DNA of 64,000 nucleotides from Pachysolen tannophilus NRRL Y-2460. Lineage: Eukaryota. Below the pieces are notes generated by a model. That model saw only the letters and a list, made by a program, of their open reading frames with translations, did not search any database and had not been told where the DNA came from. Positions 23,463 through 35,495 of this stretch are shown one piece after another. The stretch is taken from the NCBI GenBank assembly GCA_001661245.1, contig KV454017.1:186001-250000 (forward strand), written 5' to 3'. The translations under genes were made by a program, and so were the position numbers. The stretch's first letter is position 1. Every line of letters starts with the position of its first letter.

Positions 23463-23948
23463 ATTTGACTGATTGATTGAAAAAGAAAAAAAAAAAACAA
23501 AAAAGAAAAACTGAATTCTATTTGGATTTGGCTTCTTAATTTTTTTTTATTTTTTCTATTTTTTTATTTTCTCAAATTTATTTGTATTTATAACTGCAAT
23601 AAAAACACAATTAAGATAGATGTCAAGTTTTTGCTTTTTTTTTTTTTTTTTTTATAATTTTAATTTTATCCCCCTGATAGAATTTTTATTTTCATTTTTA
23701 ATTTCAGTTTAGCTGCACAAGAGAATGATGGTATTAGCTTAATTTTGTTGTTACAGTTGATATTCAAATTGTTTTGAACGCTTTTTTTTTTTTTTTGTTT
23801 TTTCAAACTTTTATTTTTAGTGTGATTTCTTGTCTTTTTTGGTGTTTATAACTAACTACTAATTAATAATCTTTTTTTTTTTCTCTTTCTTTCTTTTTTT
23901 GCTTTTTTATTTATTTAATATTCTAATCTCTTTTGATTTTTTGTTGTT

Positions 23949-23987
<39 letters not shown>

Positions 23988-25676
23988 GATAACGATTTTT
24001 CCTTTAATACTTAATTTCTTAATTTTAATATAATAATTGAAAAAATAAATAATTTAAAATGTAAGTAAAGAGAGAGTGTGTGTCTTTTTCTATCTCTTAT
24101 TATTTTGTTATTATTTGTTAATTGTCATTGCCACAATTTTATTCTACATCTAAGAATTTTAAAACCGTTTCAGGTTTGAACTTGCTATTTATTTATTTTG
24201 CTTTAATCTTACACAAGATTCAGTTAGGTATTTTTTATTCAACCAGGTTTGTCCTTCCTTGCTTTCAAAATTTTTTACTATATTTAATAATATATTTTTA
24301 ATTGCTTGTGCTTTTTTATACTTGTTTAATCTGAAAATAATATGTCCGGATTATTAATGGTGGGGTTGAGAAGAATCTACTTTTAAACATTACGAATCAA
24401 AACAACAAAATTCGCGAAACTTCTACTACTTACTACAACTTACTACTTTAGTGAAAACCTCGAGCCTCATGAGTTCAATGAGCTCATGAAACATCGAGCA
24501 CTAATTTTTTTTTTTTTCGCGACAAAAGTAACAGAAGTAATTGACTAGTAAAAAAAAAAAATTACACCGCCGTATGTATGTGTATGTATTTACCAAATAT
24601 ATAAAAAAAAAAATTCTATTTTGTTTTTAATAATTTTCAACCGGTTTGATCCACTGGGTCTACTTGCCAAAATAAAATTTGTTTCTTTATTCGGTTGAAA
24701 TGTTTTGTTTTTTGTTTGTTTGGTACAAATGCACACTACTGTTTAATCAAATATACTAAGCCAAAAAAAAGAAAATAAATAATAATTTTCTTTGATAAGA
24801 ATAAAGTGTAAAAATTAAAACGTTATTGATACACCTTTACTACTATTACTATTCAACTGTAACAACACTTAAAATTATTATTTTATTATTATTTTTTTTT
24901 TTGGAAAATTCAATTTTAAACTCAACATAAAACTTTTAACTAATACTTCTACACATTTTTTTTAGTAGTCTATTATAATTATATCACTATCACTACTACT
25001 ATTACAACGTATGGTCGTGTACTTGATACAAAGTTTTTGGGGTTTTTTTTTTCTTTTTTGTTTTTGTGGTTAAAATAAAATCAAAAAAATAAAAAAAAAA
25101 AAAAAGGAAAAAAAAAGCCAAACGTTTTAGGGTGATAATAATATAAATATATATTAAATATATATATATATGATATATATATATATATATATATTTATAA
25201 AAAATATTAATATATTAGGGTTCATCTTAATCGATCAAAGATTAGATTAGAATAATCATTTAAAAGATTTATGGAATAATTTTAAACCCCATTCAGATCT
25301 ATATCTTTATTCTTCGTTTTCTTTTTCTTTTGTTTTTTTTTTTTTAATTACTTGATTTTTTGATAGATCATTTTTTTAAAAAAGAAATTCAAGCGCCCCT
25401 TCCCGTTTGCTTTCTTTAATTTATAATAATTGACATTTCATATACAAATATACAAATATACAAATATATATAAATATATATAAATATAAATATATATTTA
25501 TATTTATATATATATTGAAGTGATAATTGAAGCTATTTATGCTATAGATTATTATTAATATCATTATTGGGTTTGTATTTTGTTGATTAATACCTATTTT
25601 TTTTAATTTTTTTAATTTTTTAATTTTTCTATTTCTTTGGAAATATTGAATCAATAAAGCAGAATAAACCAAGGAT

Positions 25677-27256
25677 ATGTAAGTATTTTCAATTTTAATT
25701 TTTTTTTTTTTTTTTTTTTGCTTTTCTACTTACTATATATAAGTTTGATCATTTACTAACTTTTATAAAAAAAATTTTTAAAAATATTCAGGGATTTAAG
25801 AGTTGGAAGAAAATATCGTATTGGAAGAAAAATAGGTTCAGGATCATTTGGGGATATATATTTAGGAACTAATATTATTTCTGGAGAAGAAGTTGCAATC
25901 AAATTGGAAAATGTTAGAGCAAAACATCCTCAATTGGAATATGAAGCAAGAGTTTATAAGGCCTTGTGTGGAGGTGTTGGTATTCCATTTGTAAGATGGT
26001 ATGGAACTGAATGTGATTATAATGCAATGGTAATTGATTTATTGGGCCCCTCATTAGAAGATTTATTCAACTATTGTAATCGGAAATTTTCTTATAAAAC
26101 AGTTTTATTATTAGCTGATCAATTATTATGTCGTATTGAATTTATTCATGCAAGATGTTTTATTCATAGAGATATAAAACCTGATAATTTTCTTATGGGA
26201 ATTGGGAAAAGAGGATCACAAGTTAATGTAATTGATTTTGGTTTAGCTAAAAAATATAGAGATCCAAGAACTCATTTGCATATTCCATATAGAGAAAATA
26301 AAAATTTAACAGGTACTCTGAGATATGCTTCAATAAATACTCATTTAGGTATTGAACAATCAAGAAGAGATGATTTAGAAAGTTTAGGTTATGTTTTAAT
26401 TTATTTTTGTCGTGGTTCTTTACCTTGGCAAGGTTTAAAAGCTGCTACAAAGAGACAAAAATATGATCGTATATTGGAAAAAAAAATGGCAACTCCAGCA
26501 GAAGTTTTAGCAAGAGGTTTACCAACAGAATTTGTTCATTATTTAAATTATGTTAGATCTTTAACTTTTGAAGATAGACCAGATTATGTTTATCTTAGAA
26601 GATTATTTAGAGATTTATTCATAAGAGAAGGATATTTGTATGATTATGTATTTGACTGGACAGTGTTTAAGTATAAACAAGTTCAACAACTGCAACAAGT
26701 GCAGCAACAACAACAACTGCAACAACTGCAACAACTGCTGCAGCAGCAACAACAACAACAACATCATCAACAACAACTGCAAATCCAAGATTCTGGTGAA
26801 AACAAAGAAAGCAATGAAGATGAGGAATTAAAAGATGAAAATGGAGGCGGCGGTAGCGGTGGCCAGCTGCAGCAAATAGCACCACCACCACCACAGCAAC
26901 AACAACAACAACAACAAGCACAACAGCAACCGCAACAGCAACTGCAACTGCAATCTCCACCACAACCTCAAGCACAACCACAAGCACAACTGCAATCGCA
27001 ACAATCAAGACAAGTCCAGCCTTTATTACAGCAGATTGGACAACAGCCCGTTCAACAGGCGCCAAATCCTGCACAACAGTCATTCCCAGTATATAGAGTG
27101 CAGCCTTTATCGTCACAACAACCACCACCGGTAACTCAGGAATCTCCCCAGATCACACAAGCGTCTCCTCAGCAACTGCTTCCACATCAACATCATCAAC
27201 AACAACAACAACAACAAAATGCATTTCAATCAGGTGTGAATCAGCCGTGGCTTTGA
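25677..27256 (+). CDS. HRR25: Casein kinase I Hrr25; coding exon 1 is only 'AT' (25677-25678), exon 2 is 25792-27256; about 488 aa
   Basis: Spliced start [46 protein letters not shown]; intron 25679-25791 with GTAAGT, TACTAAC (25754-25760) and CAG; Q/P-rich tail. Confidence 0.95.
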
Positions 27257-27877
27257 ATGAACAATTTTTTTTTTTTTTTTCTATAATACAAACTACTAGC
27301 TGAGTGTGTGTTATCACGAACAAAGCTAAATGATTGAACAAGGTAGAAGAAGAAGAACATGGAAAAAAACTGGTTGGCATTATATATATTTTATAACACT
27401 TCATAATCTTTCATTTTTAATATTTTTTTTTTCATTTTTTTTTCTCCTCCATTGAAGATAAGATTTACAAAAATTGTACTCTGCATCATTAGTATTTTTC
27501 AACTTTGTTATTTTTGTTTTAATTTTTTTTTCTTTTATTCTTTTTTATTTTTATTTTTACTTTTTTTTTTTTTATTTTTGGTTTTTGACTGTTTTTCTCT
27601 TTAATTAATTAAAGGTTGATCTCTTTTTTTAAAAAACCAAAATCTATATATATGATCAATTTGAATATTTGCTCTTTAATAATATTAAGAATTTATCAAT
27701 TAAAAAGATTTGATTAAAAATATATATCGATTTACACGTGTTTTCTTATATTAACAATTTAAAAAATCATTAATAAAGAGATGCTATTTTTAAATATATA
27801 ATTATTTATTTAATTGAATTAGTAATATATATCTATATATCTAAATATTTATTGGTTTATCAATGCAGTGAGTGATA

Positions 27878-28954
27878 ATGTCAGATGCTATTACACAGAA
27901 ACCAGTTATTGTTGGACATAGAGGTTTTAGAAAAAAATTTCCTGAAAATACATTATTATCATTTAATGCAACTATTAGTGATGCACAATGTCAAATTATT
28001 GAAACTGATTTACAATTATCAAAAGATGGGATTATATTAATTAACCATGATGCTGAAACTGGAAGGACTTATAATAAGAATTATAAGATACAAGAAACTT
28101 TTTATGAAAATGAATTATCATTATTAAGAAATTTAGAAGAACCTCATGAACCAATTTTAACTTTTGAAAAATTAATAATTTGGTTTTCTAAAAAAAATGG
28201 TGATTTTAGAAATATAAAATTGATGTTAGATATTAAAAGAGTTAATAATGTTATTATCTTAGATAAGATAATTGAAACTTTAATCAAAGTTAATAATGAT
28301 TTAAATTATTGGTATAATAAAATAATATTTGGATTATGGACTCCAGATTTTTATGATTATGCAGTATCAAAACAATTATTAAATAATTTTGAAATTGTTA
28401 ATATTACTGCAAGTATTACAATTGCCAAAATTTTTTTAGAAAAATCTTTAAAATATGAATCTGAATTTAATTCAACTAATCATCATAAAGATGATTATTT
28501 TAAAATGAAAATATCTGCTATTTCATTACTTCATATTGCAACATGGAGTGGTGATCTGTTTATTGGATTTTATGATGACTTGTTAGAAAAAAATGTTCGT
28601 TTATATTTATGGACTGTTAATTCAGAAGAAGATATCCAATTTTGTTGTAGATTGGGTGTTGATGGTATTGTCACTGATAATCCAGATTATGCTCAAGCTT
28701 TAGTAACACATCCTAATAATGATATTTTATTTAAAAGAGATAAAAATTTGGGGAATTTTTATAAAAAGGAAAATTTATTCAATTTGATGACATTAACAGG
28801 TTGGAGAAGATATGGTTTATACACAGTTTATAAAGGTTTTGAAGCTGCATTATTAAGAGGTTATTTAAGTATTAATGTTCCAATCATCAATGGTGGTAAA
28901 GAAACTATTGGATCTTATTCAGTTTCTATATTGAAACTTTTAGGTATAATTTAA
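27878..28954 (+). CDS. PGC1: Glycerophosphodiester phosphodiesterase (phosphatidylglycerol phospholipase C-like)
   Basis: VGHRG, PENTL, IETDLQLSKDG, NHD, LMLDIK, WTVN, DGIVTDNP; close to HRR25 as in S. cerevisiae. Confidence 0.8.
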   Translation: MSDAITQKPVIVGHRGFRKKFPENTLLSFNATISDAQCQIIETDLQLSKDGIILINHDAETGRTYNKNYKIQETFYENELSLLRNLEEPHEPILTFEKLIIWFSKKNGDFRNIKLMLDIKRVNNVIILDKIIETLIKVNNDLNYWYNKIIFGLWTPDFYDYAVSKQLLNNFEIVNITASITIAKIFLEKSLKYESEFNSTNHHKDDYFKMKISAISLLHIATWSGDLFIGFYDDLLEKNVRLYLWTVNSEEDIQFCCRLGVDGIVTDNPDYAQALVTHPNNDILFKRDKNLGNFYKKENLFNLMTLTGWRRYGLYTVYKGFEAALLRGYLSINVPIINGGKETIGSYSVSILKLLGII

Positions 28955-29166
28955 AAAGAAACTAAAAGAAAAGAAAAGGAAAAAACAAAACAAATTGAAC
29001 ATTTATTCAAGAGAAACTATGGTATAAATAATTTTTATTTTATTTTATTTTATTTTATTTTTTTTATTTTAATTGATAAATACTTTTCATGAGAAGCTGT
29101 GCTTTCTCTATATTTAATTTAACAATCACTGGTGATTTCAAATGAACTTGAATATAAAAAAATCTT

Positions 29167-30342
29167 TTATAACTTGAAATTATTGTATTTTTTATTAACA
29201 ACCATGTCAATTAAGTTGAATGCAACAGCATCTTTCATTGGTAGCACAATACCTTCTGGATGTTCATAAGTCTCATCATTAATCATTTTTGATAATTCTT
29301 CTACTTCAAACCATCTAGCGTCCAGCAATTCTTTATCATTACCCAAATTTATTATCTCATCTTCCCCATTAAAATCTACTACTGCTATACATCCAATCAT
29401 TAAATTTACAGGAAATGGCCATGGTTGAGACATAATAATATGAATTCTTTGAGCTTTTACACCTGTCTCTTCCCAAACTTCTCTCAGAACTGCTGCTTCT
29501 ATAGTCTCTGATGGCTCCATAAAACCAGCAAGACATGAATACATCTTTGTTGAAACCCTACGTTGATTCAAACCAAGCAAAACTTTGTCACCTTTAACGT
29601 TTGTAACTGCAGCAATAACTACAGGATCAGTTCTTGGGAATGAAACATTTACAACTGTGGACAGTTTAACTGGACACTTGTATTTTTGAGTTCTCTCATC
29701 AATATTTTCAGAATTACAAAGTAATCTTGTACCTGCATCAATTGGAATCACATTTGAACCACATCCGGGACAAAAATTGTTTTTATCTAACCATTCCAAA
29801 TACATTTTACCGTAGGAAATTAATGAAGCTTCAAGGTTCGATAATTTAAAATAATTTGTAATCAGAGATAATTGATCAAAATCATTCGAAATCATTTTTA
29901 AATCTTCCTTGTTCTTCAAATTAATGGCAAAATATGGAATACCTCCATAACCGTTATATGAAAAAAATTTTGATTCTGAATCTAAATCATTATTAAGAGA
30001 ATCTTTTGAAATCGATTTGAAGTTTATTAATTGATCAAGCCCTAAAAATACAACATTGATTGTATCTTTTACTTTTAAGGACTTCAATTCATTGTTAACC
30101 GACCAATTCTTTAATGTCTTTTGGAAATAATCGTTCAATTTTTCGAATTCCAATATTAATAATTTCTTTGATGATTTGCTAATCAATGGAACTATATGAT
30201 TATTCTCAGAAATATAAAATATAAATTTACTATATGGATGCTTAATTGAATTTTTAATATATTCAGAATCAGATCTTAAGAATGAAACCCTATTAACCGT
30301 CTCTGAACCAAAGAAAATATCACTATAATGGAAAGTTGACAT
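29167..30342 (-). CDS. NPY1: NADH diphosphatase (Nudix)
   Basis: FCPGCG zinc ribbon, FPRTDP, Nudix box AGFMEPSETIEAAVLREVWEETGV, SQPWPFP; ends FKL. Confidence 0.93.
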   Translation of the reverse strand: MSTFHYSDIFFGSETVNRVSFLRSDSEYIKNSIKHPYSKFIFYISENNHIVPLISKSSKKLLILEFEKLNDYFQKTLKNWSVNNELKSLKVKDTINVVFLGLDQLINFKSISKDSLNNDLDSESKFFSYNGYGGIPYFAINLKNKEDLKMISNDFDQLSLITNYFKLSNLEASLISYGKMYLEWLDKNNFCPGCGSNVIPIDAGTRLLCNSENIDERTQKYKCPVKLSTVVNVSFPRTDPVVIAAVTNVKGDKVLLGLNQRRVSTKMYSCLAGFMEPSETIEAAVLREVWEETGVKAQRIHIIMSQPWPFPVNLMIGCIAVVDFNGEDEIINLGNDKELLDARWFEVEELSKMINDETYEHPEGIVLPMKDAVAFNLIDMVVNKKYNNFKL

Positions 30343-30492
30343 TGTTAATTCTGACTTACAATAAGCAATTAAATGTAAGTCATAAATATGTATTATATAA
30401 ATATATATAAATATAAATATTTTCTTAGTAATTGGAAAGTTGTAATTTTTTTTTTATTTTTACATTGGAGTTGAAATAGAAATTGGAATTAA

Positions 30493-32193
30493 ATGACTGG
30501 CTCAGTGGATCTTGTGCAATTTGAGAGTTGGCTAGCAGAGAATGATATCAGGTATGATAAGGAATTGATCAGTTTGAAGAATTCACCTTCTACTGGTATT
30601 GGTGTTTATTTAAATGTTGAAAAATTTCAAAAACAAGGGGAAAAGCTTGATAAATTGGAATTGTTTAGAATTCCGTATAGTTCAACGTATTCAGCTAAAA
30701 GTATTATATCTTTATTTGATTTAGAAATAGAGTATGAGCTGCAATTCAAAGATAGTGATGATGATAATGATAATGATATCTTCAAATGTGAAGTATTGAA
30801 AGATTTTATTAAAGCATCTGCTTTAAAATATGGGTTTATTTCAGAAACAATGTTTTTAACAATGAATTTTGTAGCATTGACTTTATGGAAAAATTATCGA
30901 GAATTCAAGTTATCTTTGAGTTCAGATTCAACAATTTATGGGAATTCACCATTGGGTAAACTTGATAGTTATTTGGCAGTATTATTGAATACCAAAGTTA
31001 ACTTACCATTGCTTGAAGATCAAAACCATAACGAAATAACTAAAGCGTGTTATGAATTGAGTAGGGATTGTGGATGGGAACTAAAAGATTCAAGTATTTA
31101 TGATAGCATAATTGATGATTTGGTTGAAATTTTTGGTTCAAAGTATTCTCAATCTCAGTTCAAGAATAGTTTACTTACAGAGACTCAATTTTGGCAAATC
31201 ATTGCTGCTGTTCGATCTAGAGTATTGGAAATACCAGAAGAAATTGAAGAAGAGGAAGGAGAAGAAGAAGAAGAAGATAATTTCACTGTAAATACAACTT
31301 TGGTTCCATTATTGGATTTTGTCAATCATAACAATAGGCTCAAAAATGCATATTTTGATATTGATAGATCAACTAAAGATGTTGTGCTAATTTATGAGCA
31401 TAACGATGACAATGATGATATTTATAGTGGTGACAAGAAGGAAATTGAAGTGTATATCAGTTATTCACCAATTGAAGATTTGAAAAAATTTGCATTTACT
31501 TATGGGTTTATACCGAAAACCTTTAAAGATAATAAACTTTTTGAAATACAAATTGATAGAGAATATCTTGCAAATTATAATAACAAGAATCTTTCAATTA
31601 ACTTGAAGAATTTCTATAAATGGTTAGGAATTTTACCAAATATTCAGTTTGTCATTGAATATGATAGTGGAAATGTTTTAAAAAAAGTCAAATTAAACAT
31701 TCTGGATAATTACATGTTTTTAGGATTTCTTCGTGGGTTGAAACTTTCAGATGGGCCTTTTCCTCTTGATAACCATTTCCCAGAAATAATGGGAAACGGA
31801 TCAAAAGACTCAATTTCAATTGATAATGACCCTCAATTTAAGTTCATTTTCGAAAATCCGTTCACAGAGAAGAAAACTTGCTCTAGAGTATTTGATATAG
31901 ATCAATTGATCCAGATGATACCTGAAGACGAAATTGATTTTTTAATTGTGGATATGCTTAATTTTTTGAAAAAATATGCTTTGGATAGAGTTTTAAAAAT
32001 CAATAAAGCTATTGGCAAATATGAAAAAAAAGATTGCAATTTAACTTCTTTAAATTTAATAAATTGTGAGAAACAAATTTTGGAAAAATTTATAGAAGAA
32101 TTCAATACCGAAGAGGATCCTATGAACCTCATCTTGGGACCTGAAGAAATTGAAGACGAGTGGCAGTTGTACAGAATGAAACCTAGGAACTAA
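30493..32193 (+). CDS. CTM1: SET-domain protein lysine methyltransferase, Ctm1-like
   Basis: GIGVY, SRVLEIP, LVPLLDFVNH, EVYISY, FAFTYGF. Confidence 0.7.
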   Translation: MTGSVDLVQFESWLAENDIRYDKELISLKNSPSTGIGVYLNVEKFQKQGEKLDKLELFRIPYSSTYSAKSIISLFDLEIEYELQFKDSDDDNDNDIFKCEVLKDFIKASALKYGFISETMFLTMNFVALTLWKNYREFKLSLSSDSTIYGNSPLGKLDSYLAVLLNTKVNLPLLEDQNHNEITKACYELSRDCGWELKDSSIYDSIIDDLVEIFGSKYSQSQFKNSLLTETQFWQIIAAVRSRVLEIPEEIEEEEGEEEEEDNFTVNTTLVPLLDFVNHNNRLKNAYFDIDRSTKDVVLIYEHNDDNDDIYSGDKKEIEVYISYSPIEDLKKFAFTYGFIPKTFKDNKLFEIQIDREYLANYNNKNLSINLKNFYKWLGILPNIQFVIEYDSGNVLKKVKLNILDNYMFLGFLRGLKLSDGPFPLDNHFPEIMGNGSKDSISIDNDPQFKFIFENPFTEKKTCSRVFDIDQLIQMIPEDEIDFLIVDMLNFLKKYALDRVLKINKAIGKYEKKDCNLTSLNLINCEKQILEKFIEEFNTEEDPMNLILGPEEIEDEWQLYRMKPRN

Positions 32194-33210
32194 CCAACAA
32201 ACCTTTTTTGCTCTTTTAAAGGAAACCAGTATCAAAAAAAAAATAATTGTGCGGCGGGTATACAGGCGGTCAGATAGGCGGTCAGACTGGCGGGCCAGAC
32301 AGACAGGAACTGATAAATACCAACCAACCACTCGCCAACCACTCGCCCGCCTTTTCAAAATACAACTTGCCCCCACTCAGAATGCGGCTGCGGCTGCCCC
32401 TGCCCCAATTACCTGCCGCCCACCTCCTCGGAAATATTTCCCGAATAAGCAAAGCCACTACTAATTTTTAGCTGTTCATATTGTTTTTTTTTTTTCATTG
32501 TTTCCATTGATTGTTTAAATTGTAGCTAATTTTTGTTAGTTTACACATGAATAAAACTCGTCAATATTTGAATGAATGAGTGAGATTGTGACTTAAAGTG
32601 TCATTTGTTATATGTCACTTGTTGTTAAATTTTCTAAAATTTTATCATTTTATCTTTTTTTTTAGTTGCTTCCTTTTCTTTGAACTCTAGTCAATGACCA
32701 GCACCTCAGTTGGTGCAGATGGATGAATAATTTAGTCTAAAAAAAAAAAAAATTTTTTTAATTTTTAATATCACTTAATATGTATGCTGCTGGTCATTAA
32801 CAAAAGTTAAAAGCTAGTAATAACTAGTAATAACTAGTAAATGTTGCAGAACACAATCTTTCTGTCACTTTTTGAAAACCCATTCAAAATAATACAGCCC
32901 TGGAACACCTGAGTTTTAGTCAAACTCTGTGTAAATGTGTAAATAGCACAACTAAAGAGATCTGACTAAATAGGACATAATAACCTTAAAAAATGACCTT
33001 TTTAGAAAGAGAAAAAATTTCTTTTTTTTTCTTCTTTTTTAAAAAAAGGTCGGTACTATTCATTATTATATAAGAAAGTAGCAGACGACTAAAAATTGAA
33101 ATTGGTATTAAAGTTTTCTTGACCAAAATAAATAATTAATTAAATAAAAAAAATAAAGGTAAATTTATTGAAAATTTGTTTATTAATTAATTTAAAGAAA
33201 GAAAGAAAAA

Positions 33211-33597
33211 ATGAGTGAGAATCAATCTCAACCAGAAGTATATTATTCTACAGGAAGAGGTGGACATGCTAATATGACAAAATCGCTTTCCCCAGATTTG
33301 AAGCCTGCCACCTCAAATATGAGTAATTTAACAACATCATTTTCTCATGATAAAGAAGGAAAAGTGATTTATTCCACTGGAAGAGGAGGTGCTGCTAATA
33401 TGGCTCATTCGAATGATATACCTGAGGAACCTGCTTTAGTTCCTCAAGTAAGTCCAACTCCTTTACAACCAGTATATTCTACTGGAAGAGGTGGACATGG
33501 AAATATTCTGAGAAATACCAACATGGATCAATCGTTAGAAGGTGATGATAATAAAGGTAAATCTCTTGTTCAGAAGTTGAGAAACATTTTCAAATAA
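33211..33597 (+). CDS. Small DUF3602/Par32-like protein with three GRGG(A/H)(A/G)N motifs
   Basis: YSTGRGGHAN, YSTGRGGAAN, YSTGRGGHGNI; TATA-like TATATAA near 33066. Confidence 0.75.
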   Translation: MSENQSQPEVYYSTGRGGHANMTKSLSPDLKPATSNMSNLTTSFSHDKEGKVIYSTGRGGAANMAHSNDIPEEPALVPQVSPTPLQPVYSTGRGGHGNILRNTNMDQSLEGDDNKGKSLVQKLRNIFK

Positions 33598-33949
33598 AGA
33601 TATTTAATTTTTTGTTGTTTTAATTTTTAATTTTTAATTTTAGTTTTGTTTTGGATTTTATGTTATTTGTTTATGTGTGAGTGTGTTTTTTCTTTTTTCT
33701 TTTTTTATTCTCTTTTATATATATATTTTTGATAATATTTTTTGTTTCAGTTATTAATTTTGATTAATTAATTTCGGCTTAATAAAGACAATAAAATAAG
33801 TTTGTCGTTTTTGAATAAGAATATAAATTTTAATTTAAAAAAACTTAATATATATATATATGAAGTTATATTACTATTTAATAAAACAAATGAAACTTAG
33901 TTTTCAACCCATTTTAATTCTTAATATTTTTTTGTAATTAAAAAGTAAA

Positions 33950-35365
33950 TTATAACATCACAATACCTACATTACTTCTATTTTCAATATCCCATTCACG
34001 AGTATCTTCTTTCATACCACCATTTATCTTTTTTGATCTGTAATTGAATAAATAAAAATTTAAAAATCCATCACCTGGACCAAATTTTAAAGGTTCTAAA
34101 AATAAATTATTATCTTGTGAAGTTAATGCATTAAATACATCAATTTTTAAATTTTTTGATATTATTAAAGCATCATTAATTAAAGATTTTAATCTTTTTG
34201 ATAATAATTTTGTCAGTTCAGGATCAAATCTTGGTTTATCAAGACAACAATCTGAAGCATAATAAAATAAATATGCAATTCCTAATTCTTTATGTAATGG
34301 ATTATTTAAAACTGTAAATGGTAATAAATAAAATGAAAAAAAATCAGTAATTTTTTTAGTTATTGGATTTTCAACAACATAAGTTTGAATAACTTTTTCA
34401 TCACCAATTAACCAATGTTTAAGTTCTTCAATTGAAAAATCTTGAACTAATTCAAAATTTTTATTATAATCCAGAAATAATTTTGAAACTTGTTCAATAT
34501 CTTGAAATTTAATTTTTCTTAATCCTTCAATAATTGTATTTGATGGTAAAATATATTTTGAAATCATTTGAGTTTTAGTAATATTTTCTGGTAAATGAGA
34601 AAATCCAACATCATATAATTTTGACCAATTAATCGGTCTATGATTATAACGACATACTGAAATTGGTGAAGGTAATACAACTCCAGCTGTATACATTGCT
34701 TGCCAAATATTTTCTTTATTAACTCTTCTTGTTATTTCTTTTATTAAAACAGGTGCTAATCTTTTTGTTCTTAATTTTTTATGAATACATAAAAAATTAA
34801 TTTCAACAGATTTAATTGATTTACCTCTAATTTTTAAATTTGTTGGAATGGCACTAATAAATGCAACTAATTTCCCAGTTGTACGAACTCTAACACCAAC
34901 ATTCCATTGTCTTAACCATCCAGGAGGTTTTAAAGCCCATTGGAAAAATTCTGGAGGATAATTAAATCTAAAAGTTGCATCTTGATGTTCAACATAATTT
35001 TCATGAAGTAATGTAAATAAATCATCAATCTCTTCTTTACTATCCAAATCAACTTCACACCATTCAAAATCTTTCAATAATGGTAATGGTTCATTTGGAA
35101 TATCATCAGGAGTTTTATCACTATCAATAGCTCCTTCCTTAATAATTTTTTCATCAAATTTAGGAACTGGTTGAGTCTTCCAAAACTTATAATCTTCCAT
35201 TTCCTTCTTCTGAACCTCAGTTAACTCCTGAGACATTGATAAAAGTTTTAATAAATCTTCAATATTCTTACTTTTCTTATCCGAATTGGAACCTGAATTG
35301 GAACTGGAACCTGATCCAGATTTAGAACCATTTTTAGAACCACCAGATTTATCAGCAGACGACAT
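33950..35365 (-). CDS. NMT1: Glycylpeptide N-myristoyltransferase
   Basis: [43 protein letters not shown]-terminal VGIVML; ATG at 35365. Confidence 0.97.
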   Translation of the reverse strand: MSSADKSGGSKNGSKSGSGSSSNSGSNSDKKSKNIEDLLKLLSMSQELTEVQKKEMEDYKFWKTQPVPKFDEKIIKEGAIDSDKTPDDIPNEPLPLLKDFEWCEVDLDSKEEIDDLFTLLHENYVEHQDATFRFNYPPEFFQWALKPPGWLRQWNVGVRVRTTGKLVAFISAIPTNLKIRGKSIKSVEINFLCIHKKLRTKRLAPVLIKEITRRVNKENIWQAMYTAGVVLPSPISVCRYNHRPINWSKLYDVGFSHLPENITKTQMISKYILPSNTIIEGLRKIKFQDIEQVSKLFLDYNKNFELVQDFSIEELKHWLIGDEKVIQTYVVENPITKKITDFFSFYLLPFTVLNNPLHKELGIAYLFYYASDCCLDKPRFDPELTKLLSKRLKSLINDALIISKNLKIDVFNALTSQDNNLFLEPLKFGPGDGFLNFYLFNYRSKKINGGMKEDTREWDIENRSNVGIVML

Positions 35366-35462
35366 ACTCAAACCAAAACCAAAGCCAAAACCAAATCAAA
35401 TTAAGAGAATCTCCTTTATCCAATACCCCCAATTAATCTCTCTTCTCCTTTCAATCAACTCA

Positions 35463-35495
<33 letters not shown>

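Noticed and set aside
26667..27128. 153-aa Val/Ala-rich antisense ORF
   Set aside because: Mirror image of the HRR25 poly-Q/P tail
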